DNA of 64,000 nt, taken from positions 12,218 to 76,217 of the forward strand of contig JAGLWK010000006.1 in NCBI GenBank assembly GCA_023133485.1, written 5' to 3'. Position 1 is the stretch's first letter. Every line of letters begins with the position of its first letter. Under the pieces are notes generated by a model. The model saw only the letters and a program-made list of their open reading frames with translations, was not told the DNA's origin and did no database searches. Of the stretch, positions 53,227-63,435 are shown piece after piece. The position numbers and the translations under genes were made by a program. Source of the DNA: Bacteroidales bacterium (GTDB lineage Bacteria; Bacteroidota; Bacteroidia; Bacteroidales; B39-G9).

Positions 53227-53590
53227 AAAATAGAAAAACGCACTATAACATCGGGTCTTAAAGCATACGGGGTTTTGGTGTTTTGCAAACTTTGTACTAT
53301 CTTCAACTTTTTCCAACGGGGGATAGCGAAACAGGGCGAAAAACCCGTACAGCTTCAAACCCGAGGACCGTTACTATCACATATTTAATGGGTAATGTTT
53401 TAATGATTGAATAATTACAGAAAATCATGATAGAAAAAGAAACATTTTTTTAAAGATTAATAAGAGAACCAAATGAAATAACATTTACGCATTTTATCAT
53501 TTATGCATTTAATCATTTCCACTAAAATAACAGTAGAACCATATAGTTAAAGATTTTTTATTGATGATTAATTAAATTTATTGATTATTT

Positions 53591-54010
53591 TCATTCTTTT
53601 ATAAAACTTTCTATTGCTAATTTATAACTGTCTAAACCAAAGCCGGTTATGCTTCCTTTACAATAAGGTGCAATTAATGATTTATGGCGAAATTCTTCTC
53701 TTGCATAAATATTTGAAATATGAACTTCGATAACAGGTATTGTTATAGCTGCTATAGCATCAGCTATTGAAACAGATGTATGAGTATAACCACCGGGATT
53801 TAAAACAATTCCATCATAAGAAAAACCAACTTCCTGAATTTTATTAATGATTTCACCTTCAATATTCGATTGAAAATAATCAATCTTAATATCAGTAAAA
53901 TATTTTCGTAAATTTGTTAAATATTCAGAAAAATCTTTTATTCCGTATATTTCAGGCTCTCTTTTTCCAAGAAGGTTTAAATTAGGTCCGTTGATTATTT
54001 GAATTTTCAT
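53591..54010 (-). CDS. aroQ: type II 3-dehydroquinate dehydratase
   Basis: MKIQIINGPNLNLLGKREPEIYG...NPGGYTHTSVSI.DA...P.IEVHISNI..RE.FRH.S matches the AroQ signature. Confidence 0.9.
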   Translation of the reverse strand: MKIQIINGPNLNLLGKREPEIYGIKDFSEYLTNLRKYFTDIKIDYFQSNIEGEIINKIQEVGFSYDGIVLNPGGYTHTSVSIADAIAAITIPVIEVHISNIYAREEFRHKSLIAPYCKGSITGFGLDSYKLAIESFIKE

Positions 54011-54038
54011 TTTTTTGAATTTATTGAAAATTTATTTT

Positions 54039-54114
54039 TACCGCAAGGAACGCTAAGTTGTTTAATGTGTATTATTTGCGAACTTTGCGATTTCCTTAGC
54101 GTTCTTTGCGGTTA
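54039..54114. repeat. palindromic element in aroQ/xerD divergent intergenic region
   Basis: CCGCAAGGAACGCTAAG pairs with CTTAGCGTTCTTTGCGG (17 bp, 1 mismatch) around a 37-nt spacer that carries TTTGCGA twice. Confidence 0.5.
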
Positions 54115-54299
54115 AGTTAAATAATTTATATTACTCAAATAAAACATAATACAATTTGTTATTGAAGACTGATTTTTTACTAAAAACTAATTATTATTTA
54201 GTTTTAACATCTTTCATAAAATTGAAAAGTAATAATTTTATTCAAAAGTAAGAAGTCTATCATAAAAATATTAATTTTGATAAGATTAAATAAATTTTC

Positions 54300-55199
54300 A
54301 TGGATTGGAAAAATGCTAAAAATGAATTCAGGAACTTTTTAAAAATTGAAAAGTCTCTTTCTCAAAACACAATTACAGCATATTTAACAGATATTGAGAA
54401 ACTTACTCAGTTTTTAGAATATAATAATTTAAAATTAGTGCCTGAAAAAATTGAATTATCGCATTTAAGAGAATTTATAAACTGGATAAATGAATTGGGA
54501 ATAAATCCCCGAACTCAGGCTCGCGTAATTTCAGGTATAAAAGCTTTTTATAAATATTTGTTACTTGAAGAAATAGTTGATAAAGATCCTACTACTTTAT
54601 TAGAAGCACCAAGAATAGGCAGAAAACTTCCAAGCGTATTATCAATACAGGAAATTGATAAATTAATAGCTGCAATTGATCTTAGTACAGAAACCGGACA
54701 TAGAAATAAAGCAATTATCGAAACTTTATATAGCTGTGGATTAAGAGTTTCGGAACTTATTAATTTAAAATTAACCAATCTTTATTTTGATATGGGATTT
54801 ATTAAAGTAACAGGAAAAGGAAATAAGGAAAGATTGGTTCCTATAAGTTCGAAAGCTATAAAAGAAATAAATTATTATAGCGAACATTATAGAAATAAAT
54901 TAGATATTGATAAAAAATATGAAAATTATGTTTTTCTTAATCGTAGGGGAAAAGGATTGACCAGAGTAATGATTTTTACAATAATAAAAGATATTGCAAA
55001 AAAAATAAACTTAAAAAAGAATATAAGCCCACATACTTTCAGACATTCATTTGCAACTCATTTAATTGATGGTGGTGCCGATTTAAGAGCAGTACAGGAA
55101 ATGCTGGGACACGAATCAATTATTACTACAGAAATATATACACATCTTGACAGGCAATATCTTAGAGATACTATTATTCAGTATCATCCGAGAGCGTAG
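54300..55199 (+). CDS. xerD: site-specific tyrosine recombinase XerD-type
   Basis: 299 aa with an N-terminal SAM-like core-binding domain. The catalytic region has GLRVSELI, HTFRHSFATHL and LGHESIITTEIYTHL. Confidence 0.8.
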   Translation: MDWKNAKNEFRNFLKIEKSLSQNTITAYLTDIEKLTQFLEYNNLKLVPEKIELSHLREFINWINELGINPRTQARVISGIKAFYKYLLLEEIVDKDPTTLLEAPRIGRKLPSVLSIQEIDKLIAAIDLSTETGHRNKAIIETLYSCGLRVSELINLKLTNLYFDMGFIKVTGKGNKERLVPISSKAIKEINYYSEHYRNKLDIDKKYENYVFLNRRGKGLTRVMIFTIIKDIAKKINLKKNISPHTFRHSFATHLIDGGADLRAVQEMLGHESIITTEIYTHLDRQYLRDTIIQYHPRA

Positions 55200-55660
55200 T
55201 TAATAAATTAATTGTTCAATTGTTTCATTGTCCAATTGTTGAAATACAACAAGTAATACCGATTGGACATTCAATATAGTCCAATTTTATTAGACTATTT
55301 TCATGTAGCATCGGCATTAACCATTATAATTACAATTGGTATAATATAGAAAAAAGTATTTACAACTCAATAATATAGATGCCTATAAAGCAGCTATTAA
55401 TTTAAGCAATTATATGTGGGAAATTGTTGTCCAATGAAAAATATAATCATATTTTCAAATAATTATATAAGTTGTCAAAAGAACTAAATCAACTTATCAA
55501 ATATACAAATCTAAAATTAAAAGTCTAACAATAGAACAATTGAGCAATAGAACACTTTAGACCTGCCTGTCGGCAGTCATGTTTATGCCATGAATGATTA
55601 CAAGTTATTTTAGTATTTAGTTCATACTTGATTTTAATCTATAATCTGGCTGAATATTCA

Positions 55661-57484
55661 TTACATTCTGTCTGGTGCTTCAATGCCTAATAAATTTAAT
55701 GTGTATAGAATAATTTTACCGCAAGAATCAGATAATAACAAACGAAAATTTCTTTTATCATCATCAGGTTCTTTTAAAATTGAATAATCGTGATAAAACT
55801 GATTATATTCTTTTACCAATTCATAAACATAATTTGCAATAACAGCCGGACTATATGTGTTTCCAGCTTCTTTAATTACCATAGGAAATTCACAAATTAA
55901 TCGGATAATGTCAATTTCTTTTTCATTAAAATCTATATTCTTACTTATTTCATTAATTATCTTGATTTTATTTTCTTCAGCTTTTTTAAGTACTGATTTT
56001 ATTCTTGCATGTGTGTATTGAATAAACGGACCTGTATTTCCATTAAAGTCAATTGATTCTTTAGGATCAAACATCATATTCTTTTTGGGATCTACTTTTA
56101 ATATAAAATATTTTAAGGCTCCCAAAGCAATGATTTTATACACTTTTTCTGCTTCTTCTTTTGAATAATCTTCAAGTTTTCCTAATTCGCTTGACATTTC
56201 TCTTGCAGTATCAATCATTTCTTGCATAAGGTCATCAGCATCAACAACTTTTCCTTCTCTTGATTTCATTTTGCCCGATGGTAATTCAACCATGCCGTAT
56301 GAAAGATGATTTATGTTTTCTGCCCAATTATAGCCTAATTTTTTTAATATCAATTTCAATATCTGGAAATGATAATTTTGTTCATTACCAACAACATAAA
56401 TACTTTCGTTAAGGTCAAACTCGCTAAATCGTTGATGAGCTGTTCCAAGGTCTTGAGTAATATAAACTGAAGTGCCATCTGCTCGTAATAATAATTTTTC
56501 ATCAAGTCCGACATCAGTCAGATTTGCCCAAACTGAACCATCTTCTTTTTTAAGGAGGACACCATCTTCAAGTCCTTTTTCTACTATTTTTTTTCCTAAT
56601 TTATATGTTTCGGATTCGTAATATATTTTATCGAAGTTTATTCCAAGATTTTTGTATGTTATATCAAAACCTTTGTAAACCCAATTATTCATCATATTCC
56701 ATAAATCAAATACTTCTTTATCATTTGATTCCCATTTACGCAAAATATCCTGTGCTTCTTTCAATAATTGTGCTTCTTTTTCTGCTTTATTCTTATCAAT
56801 ACCTTTATTAATAAGTTGGTTAACCTGTTCATTAAATTCCATATTAAACTTTACGTAATAATCGCCAACAAATTTATCTCCTTTAATACCTGTTTTTTCA
56901 GGGGTTTTATTTTCTCCCCATTTTTTCCATGCAAGCATTGATTTACAGATATGAATACCTCTGTCGTTAATTAGATTTACTTTTGTAACATCATGTCCGT
57001 TTGCCTTGAGTATTTCAGCTACTGAATGTCCTAACAAGTTGTTTCTTATATGTCCGAGATGAAGAGGTTTATTTGTATTAGGTGATGAAAACTCAATCAT
57101 TATTTTTTGTCTGTCTTCACTTAAACTATAAATACCATATTTTTTATGTTTAAATAAATAGTTAAGATGATCAATCCAGAATTTAGTATCAATTATCAGG
57201 TTTAAAAATCCTTTAATTACGTTATAATCATTTATTACATTAGTATTATTTTTAAGATATAGTCCAATTTCGTTTCCTGTTTGTTCAGGAGATTTTTTTG
57301 AAAATCTCAAAAAAGGGAATACAACTATAGTATAATTACCTTTAAAATCTCGCCTTGTTTTCTGAAATTGAATTTCATCAATTTTTATATCATATTCATA
57401 TATTTCTTTGATTGCTTTAGCAACTTCTTCCTTTATAATTAATTCAATATTCATTTTAGTTAATTCTTTGTTTTGAATTGGCAA
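55661..57484 (-). CDS. argS: arginine--tRNA ligase
   Basis: Class I HIGH motif SSPNTNKPLHLGHIRN, an MSSR-type region (MKSREGKVV), and a DALR anticodon-binding C-terminus ending in M. The true start may be the internal MNIELII. Confidence 0.9.
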   Translation of the reverse strand: MPIQNKELTKMNIELIIKEEVAKAIKEIYEYDIKIDEIQFQKTRRDFKGNYTIVVFPFLRFSKKSPEQTGNEIGLYLKNNTNVINDYNVIKGFLNLIIDTKFWIDHLNYLFKHKKYGIYSLSEDRQKIMIEFSSPNTNKPLHLGHIRNNLLGHSVAEILKANGHDVTKVNLINDRGIHICKSMLAWKKWGENKTPEKTGIKGDKFVGDYYVKFNMEFNEQVNQLINKGIDKNKAEKEAQLLKEAQDILRKWESNDKEVFDLWNMMNNWVYKGFDITYKNLGINFDKIYYESETYKLGKKIVEKGLEDGVLLKKEDGSVWANLTDVGLDEKLLLRADGTSVYITQDLGTAHQRFSEFDLNESIYVVGNEQNYHFQILKLILKKLGYNWAENINHLSYGMVELPSGKMKSREGKVVDADDLMQEMIDTAREMSSELGKLEDYSKEEAEKVYKIIALGALKYFILKVDPKKNMMFDPKESIDFNGNTGPFIQYTHARIKSVLKKAEENKIKIINEISKNIDFNEKEIDIIRLICEFPMVIKEAGNTYSPAVIANYVYELVKEYNQFYHDYSILKEPDDDKRNFRLLLSDSCGKIILYTLNLLGIEAPDRM

Positions 57485-57809
57485 TTTAATATTTGTTTAT
57501 TGATTTTTGTATATTACACTAAAAAAATTGCTATCCTGAAAATTTAAGCGGGAACATAAATATAAGAAAAAATCCATTAGGATTGACCTGTTTATAGAAT
57601 AAGTAGAAAATTCCTGAATATTAGCTCCATCGGAGCGACCTGATTATAAAAAATTCATGTGTTTGTTCTGAATTCATGAAGAAAAGCATGTGGTAGGAGC
57701 GATGCAAAGGGCTAAAACCCTAGTAAGGTTATTCAACAGGTTTAGCCCTATAATAAAATTTTTAAGCAGATAGTGCAGTATCCCTTAAATTTGTACACTC
57801 TTTTCACCA

Positions 57810-57893
57810 CTCTTTTTCCTTTCTGGGAGGCAAAATATTAAACCGTAGCTATGGCTATGCTTGAATATTTTGCCTCCCAGAAAGAAAAAAGAG
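57810..57893. repeat. long near-perfect hairpin (30-bp arms)
   Basis: CTCTTTTTCCTTTCTGGGAGGCAAAATATT pairs with AATATTTTGCCTCCCAGAAAGAAAAAAGAG (1 mismatch) around a 24-nt loop. It lies between the methyltransferase stop and the argS start. Confidence 0.7.
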
Positions 57894-57931
57894 CAGTAAA
57901 AATTTAGCAAACCTATTTAAGGGAAACTACA

Positions 57932-58738
57932 CTAGTTTTTCGTTAATACAAAGCTCCAATATTCGAATTTGCCATTATTAATTGAGTCGAAACGTTTTGT
58001 ACCCTTTGTTCCGGCAAATTTTGTAAACGATTTTTTTAACATTCCCGGAATTTTTTTCTGAATGAGCATTTCTCTCCGTTTTGTATCCATCTCTAGTCCT
58101 TTGGAAACATTTTTTGTTATTTCTTGCTCACTGCTAATGCTAAAGCCACAGCTCAGAAGTTTTTTGCGTATGACTTCTACTTCTTCTTTTTCTATCATAT
58201 CGGCAAATAAAAAGTGACCATTAGGGCTTAAAATTCGACGTACTTCACTAAAGAAAGTTTTTATGTCGCTATAACATCTTGCTGATTCAACATTAACAAC
58301 AGCATCGTAAGTTTCTACATCGAAAGGTATTTTTTCACCCCTGCCTTCAACAAACGATAAGCCGGGAACATTATAACATTGATTGCAGTATTTAATAACA
58401 CTGGAAGAAATGTCAACGCCAGTGTATTTCTTAGGTTTATAGTAACGGGCAATATAATGTGCTCCGCCACCTCTGCCTGAACCTACTTCTAACACCCTTT
58501 TATTTTCGAGCTTTACACTACTTACTACATGATCGTATAACTGAATACAAAATCGGTTTATTTCATCTTCTTTTTCCAGCATAATTGGTTCATTTCCATT
58601 AAGACTTGAATATCCATAATTCATGAAGTTTACAGAATTATCTTTAACAAAACGGATTAACAGTTTATGCCATATCCTCCACATAGGTCTGCGCATTACA
58701 GCAGGAAATTCACAATAATTATCAACAAAATTTGCCAT
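57932..58738 (-). CDS. class I SAM-dependent methyltransferase
   Basis: Motif I VLEVGSGRGGGAHY, post-I DIS, and motif II/III AVVNVES...GHFLFAD. Confidence 0.8.
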   Translation of the reverse strand: MANFVDNYCEFPAVMRRPMWRIWHKLLIRFVKDNSVNFMNYGYSSLNGNEPIMLEKEDEINRFCIQLYDHVVSSVKLENKRVLEVGSGRGGGAHYIARYYKPKKYTGVDISSSVIKYCNQCYNVPGLSFVEGRGEKIPFDVETYDAVVNVESARCYSDIKTFFSEVRRILSPNGHFLFADMIEKEEVEVIRKKLLSCGFSISSEQEITKNVSKGLEMDTKRREMLIQKKIPGMLKKSFTKFAGTKGTKRFDSINNGKFEYWSFVLTKN

Positions 58739-58865
58739 GTTAGAAAGTTATTAATTTGACTGCAAATATAAACCAAAAAATCAGATATAAAAATAATATC
58801 GTAGTATAGCTTAATAAAATTTTTTTTGTTTGCTTGCCGTCAAAAAACAGGTGTATAATTCTATT

Positions 58866-59819
58866 TTATTTTAATTTTAATTTATCTCTACTAATAAATA
58901 TTTTTTCAAAAAGATTAGATTTTGTTCCACTAAAATATGCTTCTTCGTTCAATGAAGTTGTAATAATATATTGATTAACAGTATCTGCAATAAAAGCATT
59001 TACTTTAACAGGATTAAAATTATTACCTTCAATAGTAAGAGAAAACTCAGGCTGGATTAGTGAATTTTCGTTAACATCATCAATAAAATCATAACTTGTA
59101 AGCATAGAAACCGAGTTGAAATAATTTGCTGTTTCCGTGGAATCGGTAATCAAACCATTTAACATCCATTTATTGTTTTGTTTTAAAACAACAAACGAAC
59201 TATCAGCAGGATAACTGAATGTTAATTTAGTCCAGTCTTCTTTATTTGATTTAATAATCGTTTTATTCCTGAATGTATTTGCATCTCTGTTAAATGTCAT
59301 ACTTAAAAAGCCATCAACAGCATACACCTCGTTTTCTTCAGTAAGCCTGACAAAAGATGTCATTTGTGTTCTTCTTGTCATAGGGTCTTGTTTGTAATCA
59401 AATTTTCCTATTAATAAATCGGAAACAACTTTTCCATCTTCTTCAACAATAACTCGTGTACTTAATGAATCGGTTACTTCATAATCTTCCCATTTCTCTT
59501 TGGCAGTTGCAGCAACTCTTTTTGGTTTAAGCTTTATTAATTCAGATAAAATATTTTGAACGGCTTCTTCGTCTGCATTAACTTCTTTATTTTCAATTCT
59601 AAGTTTCCATGTAGTATTTTTTTTAACCAATATCAATTCATTTTCTTTTAATCTATGAATTATCTTTATTAAAGAAACTTTAGATGTATCAATACTTACA
59701 AGTTCACTTTTAAAGGTTCTTTCACCATTTTTGCTGTCAAAATATTTAATTACCAGTACAATAAGTACTAACGCTATAATAACTGCTAATAAACTTCTGA
59801 AATTTATTTTTCTAAACAT
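58866..59819 (-). CDS. DUF4340-like protein, last gene of gldAFG-type operon
   Basis: 317 aa with an N-terminal anchor. It overlaps the gldG-like stop by 8 nt. The position and size match the conserved partner of GldG-type proteins. Confidence 0.55.
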   Translation of the reverse strand: MFRKINFRSLLAVIIALVLIVLVIKYFDSKNGERTFKSELVSIDTSKVSLIKIIHRLKENELILVKKNTTWKLRIENKEVNADEEAVQNILSELIKLKPKRVAATAKEKWEDYEVTDSLSTRVIVEEDGKVVSDLLIGKFDYKQDPMTRRTQMTSFVRLTEENEVYAVDGFLSMTFNRDANTFRNKTIIKSNKEDWTKLTFSYPADSSFVVLKQNNKWMLNGLITDSTETANYFNSVSMLTSYDFIDDVNENSLIQPEFSLTIEGNNFNPVKVNAFIADTVNQYIITTSLNEEAYFSGTKSNLFEKIFISRDKLKLK

Positions 59820-61329
59820 AACCTTCCTCCATTCTTTTAATTCTTATATTTCGTTTTACCTGCATTCTGAAAATACCATAAATTATTATTAAAATAATTG
59901 GTAATAAAAAGTTTAAATATTTTAAAACAGATTTTGTTGAATCTTCTATTTGGTCTAATGGTCTCGAAGTTACTCCTTTTGTTCGGAGTTCAATCAAACC
60001 TGTATCATCAGACAAGAAATCAATAGAGTTAACCATAAGGCTTACATTGTCTTCCTGAAGTTGTTGAGCAGCCTGTCCTTCACCGTTTACAGGAAAATTA
60101 CCATCACTAATAATAATCATTTCAGAGTTATTTTTTCCTGCTAATTCTCCTTTAACATGTGCTGCTACTATTAGATTTGATAACGGAAAATCAACTTCTG
60201 TCCATTGTTTACTAATATCGAAATAAAGCGGTGATGATTGTGTTCCTGATTTTTTTGAAGTTTTCGCCAAAGGTGTAAAAGATACAGTTGAATCACCTGT
60301 AAACGAGATTGTACTGACAAATTGTAGTATCACTGTTTCAAGTCCTTTAGTTACCGGATGATCTTCAAAATTTGTGATAATCGGAATATAAGGAAACTGA
60401 ACTTGTGTATTAAATGAAAACATTCCTTGTTGTTGACGCACTCCAACACTTGCACAATTAGCATCAATAATAAAATTGTCTTCTATTACAATTCCCTTTT
60501 TTGTAAGCCATGTTTCCATACCAGTTGTTAGTGAACTACCGGTTGCTTTTGACAGGTCGCCATCTACTCTGTTGTATGCAATAAATAGTTTCCCCCCAGA
60601 ATTTAAGTATTCATCTAATTGTTTAAGGTGGTTATCAGGAAATGAATCTTTAGGAGCAACAATAGCAACTGTTTTGTATTTGCTAAGTTCGTTAGTACTA
60701 TCTGTTAATGAAACAGGTTCAATATTATATAATACTGATAATTGAGAATATACTTGTTGATATGAACGAATAGATGGTTCACTATGTCCCTGAAGAAATC
60801 CTATAACCGGTTTATCAATTACTGATATTTTTTTTATACTTGATGAAAGAGCATATTCCATTGCTGCGCCCGGTTGCATAAAAGGAATTACATCAGTTTC
60901 TTCACCAATTTGAATAACTGCACCAAGAAATGCCTTTTGCTGTTTTACCTGATCTTTTTCCCTTATATTAATAATTACCGGTTGAACTCCTGCCATTGCA
61001 GCCTCACGCTCGGTTTCTTCATCTTCATTTGGATTAACAAATTCGTACACCAACATTCCATATGATGAATTAGAATATTCAATCAATAATTCTTTAAAAT
61101 CTCTTCTTGTTTTTGCTATATCAGGTGGCAGGTCCACTGAAAAATAAGCAGTTATTGTTACAGGGTCATTTAATGATTTTAAAATATCTTTAGTTGCCCG
61201 GCTTAGTGTATATCTGTTATCTTCAGTAAAATCAAGACGTAAAAAGAATTTATCTGATATAACATTAATTAGAACAAGTACTATTAGTATTCCTAATATA
61301 TAATAAGTTACTGAGTTTTTAGTTTTCAT
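59812..61329 (-). CDS. gldG: GldG-family ABC-transporter auxiliary protein
   Basis: 505 aa with N- and C-terminal TM anchors flanking a large periplasmic domain. It lies directly downstream of the ABC-2 permease and ATPase. Confidence 0.65.
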   Translation of the reverse strand: MKTKNSVTYYILGILIVLVLINVISDKFFLRLDFTEDNRYTLSRATKDILKSLNDPVTITAYFSVDLPPDIAKTRRDFKELLIEYSNSSYGMLVYEFVNPNEDEETEREAAMAGVQPVIINIREKDQVKQQKAFLGAVIQIGEETDVIPFMQPGAAMEYALSSSIKKISVIDKPVIGFLQGHSEPSIRSYQQVYSQLSVLYNIEPVSLTDSTNELSKYKTVAIVAPKDSFPDNHLKQLDEYLNSGGKLFIAYNRVDGDLSKATGSSLTTGMETWLTKKGIVIEDNFIIDANCASVGVRQQQGMFSFNTQVQFPYIPIITNFEDHPVTKGLETVILQFVSTISFTGDSTVSFTPLAKTSKKSGTQSSPLYFDISKQWTEVDFPLSNLIVAAHVKGELAGKNNSEMIIISDGNFPVNGEGQAAQQLQEDNVSLMVNSIDFLSDDTGLIELRTKGVTSRPLDQIEDSTKSVLKYLNFLLPIILIIIYGIFRMQVKRNIRIKRMEEGYV

Positions 61330-61378
61330 TTTCTATAATTTGAATTATAATATAGTCAAAATAATATATAATAATATT

Positions 61379-62104
61379 CTATCCCTCAAGACTTCGCTTT
61401 GTTAATATAGCTTCTGTTGATAACAGTCCGAAAGTTATTATTGACAGAAAATATAACAGGTCTTTTGTATCAATAACTCCTCTTGAAATAGATTCAAAGT
61501 GAGTTGAAATACTAAGGAAATTGAATGTTTCACCAACTATTCCTGTAAAATTTCCGGCAAGGACATTAAAAATGATATGAAAAAATATACCAATAAACAG
61601 AGCTAATAAAAAAGCAATTATTTGGTTATTTGAAATACTACTTGTAAATAAACCTATACTAATATATGCAGCACTCATAAGTATTAATCCTAAATATCCC
61701 GAAATTACTGCACCATGGTCAATATTTCCTAAATTTGCTATTGTTATATAATAAGGAATTGTTAGTACTAAAGCAATAATAATAAGTATTAGTGTTGCAG
61801 TAAATTTACCTGAAACAACCTGCCAGTTGGTAACAGGTTTAGTAAGTAGTAATTCAATTGTTCCCGACCTGTTTTCTTCTGCCAAAAGTCGCATGGTTAA
61901 AGCAGGAATAAAGAAGAAAAGTGTCCAATAAGCAATACCGAAAAACGATTGTAAACTTGCCTGATTAACAAAAAACACATCTCCTCCATAGAGCCATGTG
62001 AAAAATCCACTGAATCCGAGAAATGCTATAAGCATAATATATGCTATTAACGAATCAAAAAATGATTGCAATTCTCGTTTTGCTATTATCCATATTTTAT
62101 TCAT
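61379..62104 (-). CDS. gldF: ABC-2 type transporter permease (GldF-like)
   Basis: 241 aa with 6 TM helices. The N-terminus IIAKRELQSFFDSLIAYIMLIAFL is typical of GldF. Confidence 0.65.
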   Translation of the reverse strand: MNKIWIIAKRELQSFFDSLIAYIMLIAFLGFSGFFTWLYGGDVFFVNQASLQSFFGIAYWTLFFFIPALTMRLLAEENRSGTIELLLTKPVTNWQVVSGKFTATLILIIIALVLTIPYYITIANLGNIDHGAVISGYLGLILMSAAYISIGLFTSSISNNQIIAFLLALFIGIFFHIIFNVLAGNFTGIVGETFNFLSISTHFESISRGVIDTKDLLYFLSIITFGLLSTEAILTKRSLEG

Positions 62105-62149
62105 AAATTTTGAAATTATAAATTGTTAAAAGTCATTAATTTTAGATAT

Positions 62150-63079
62150 TTAATTCAGAGTTAATTCACGGAAAACATCTTCAAGTTTAGTTTCAAAAGG
62201 AGTCATTTCAGTTAATATCCATCCTTTGTCAACACAAAGTTGAAAAATCGCTTTTCGGGACGTTTCATCTTTTTTGCTTTGTATTTCAAAAGACATTTCT
62301 GTATTGATAACAGGGTCAACTACTTCAATAGAACTTATTTCCTGTAATGATTTAATAACCTGGTTCTTATCAGGAGCTTCAATTGAAATTTTTAACAGTT
62401 CTTTACCTTGTGAGCGTTTTCTAAGTTCTTCGGATGTACCGTCTGCAACGATTTTGCCATTATTAATTATAAGTATTCTGTCGCATGTTGCTTCAACTTC
62501 AGCTAAAATATGTGAACATAAAATGATGGTTTTTTCACGTCCGATATTCTTTATAAGTTTCCTGATTTCAACTATTTGATTAGGGTCAAGACCTGCAGTT
62601 GGTTCATCTAATATTAAAACTTTTGGCTCATGTATTAATGCCTGTGCCAGTCCAACTCTTTGTTTATATCCTTTTGAAAGTTCTCCTATTTTTTTATGTT
62701 TTTCACCTTCAAGCCCGCAAACACTGACCATTTCGAGAATTCGTTCTTTTAAAATATCTTTTTTTAAGCCATGTAGTTCGCCAACAAATTTCAGATAATC
62801 AATTACAGGCATTTCAGGGTATAAAGGATTATTTTCAGATAAGTAACCAATATTTTTTTTAATTTCTTCAGGATTATCTTTAACAGAATATTCTCCTACC
62901 ATTATGTTTCCTGATGTAGGTGCCATATATGATGTAATAGCTTTCATAGTAGTTGTTTTTCCGGCACCATTTGGACCTAAAAAACCTAAAACTTCACCGG
63001 TTTTTACTTGAAACGATATATTATCAACGGCTTTTTGAGTGCCATATATCTTTGTAAAATTTTCTACGTATATATTCAT
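62150..63079 (-). CDS. gldA: ABC transporter ATP-binding protein (GldA-like)
   Basis: Walker A GPNGAGKTT, signature LSKGYKQRV, and Walker B LILDEPTAGLD. It is the first gene of the operon. Confidence 0.75.
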   Translation of the reverse strand: MNIYVENFTKIYGTQKAVDNISFQVKTGEVLGFLGPNGAGKTTTMKAITSYMAPTSGNIMVGEYSVKDNPEEIKKNIGYLSENNPLYPEMPVIDYLKFVGELHGLKKDILKERILEMVSVCGLEGEKHKKIGELSKGYKQRVGLAQALIHEPKVLILDEPTAGLDPNQIVEIRKLIKNIGREKTIILCSHILAEVEATCDRILIINNGKIVADGTSEELRKRSQGKELLKISIEAPDKNQVIKSLQEISSIEVVDPVINTEMSFEIQSKKDETSRKAIFQLCVDKGWILTEMTPFETKLEDVFRELTLN

Positions 63080-63267
63080 TCTTTATAATTTTTTTTGCAA
63101 AAAAAAGCAAAAAAAAGCAAAAAATATCAATTTAAAAAGTTAAGAATTGTTAATATTTTTTATTTTCTTTGTTTTAATATATTTATCCTAAATTATTCAC
63201 AAATAAGTATTAATTTTAAATATGAAATAATAATAATTCGTGCAAAAAGCAGATAAGTTGACAGTTA

Positions 63268-63416
63268 ACAATTAACAGTAGGCAAATTCTTTGTCAATTG
63301 TCAACTGCTTTCTGTTTGCTGTCAATTCGATAGCAATTGGATACCTACTGTCTACTTGCATCAAATAATTCCAAAATTTATGAACCACGAAGTGCTCAGC
63401 GAAGCTAATTAATCAA
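63268..63416 (-). repeat. dispersed repeat, copy B (inverted relative to copy A)
   Basis: See 49248-49375. This copy has an extra ~20 bp (GCAAACAGAAAGCAGTTGACAA) relative to copy A. Confidence 0.7.
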
Positions 63417-63435
63417 ATTATAAGTACATAAAATC

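Noticed and set aside
57485-57931. T-box or other aminoacyl-tRNA-synthetase leader riboswitch upstream of argS
   Set aside because: I could not find a T-box consensus (AGAGA, GNUGGUA-type) or a terminator/antiterminator pair. T-box control is not characteristic of Bacteroidota. The hairpins look like repeat-element structure instead.
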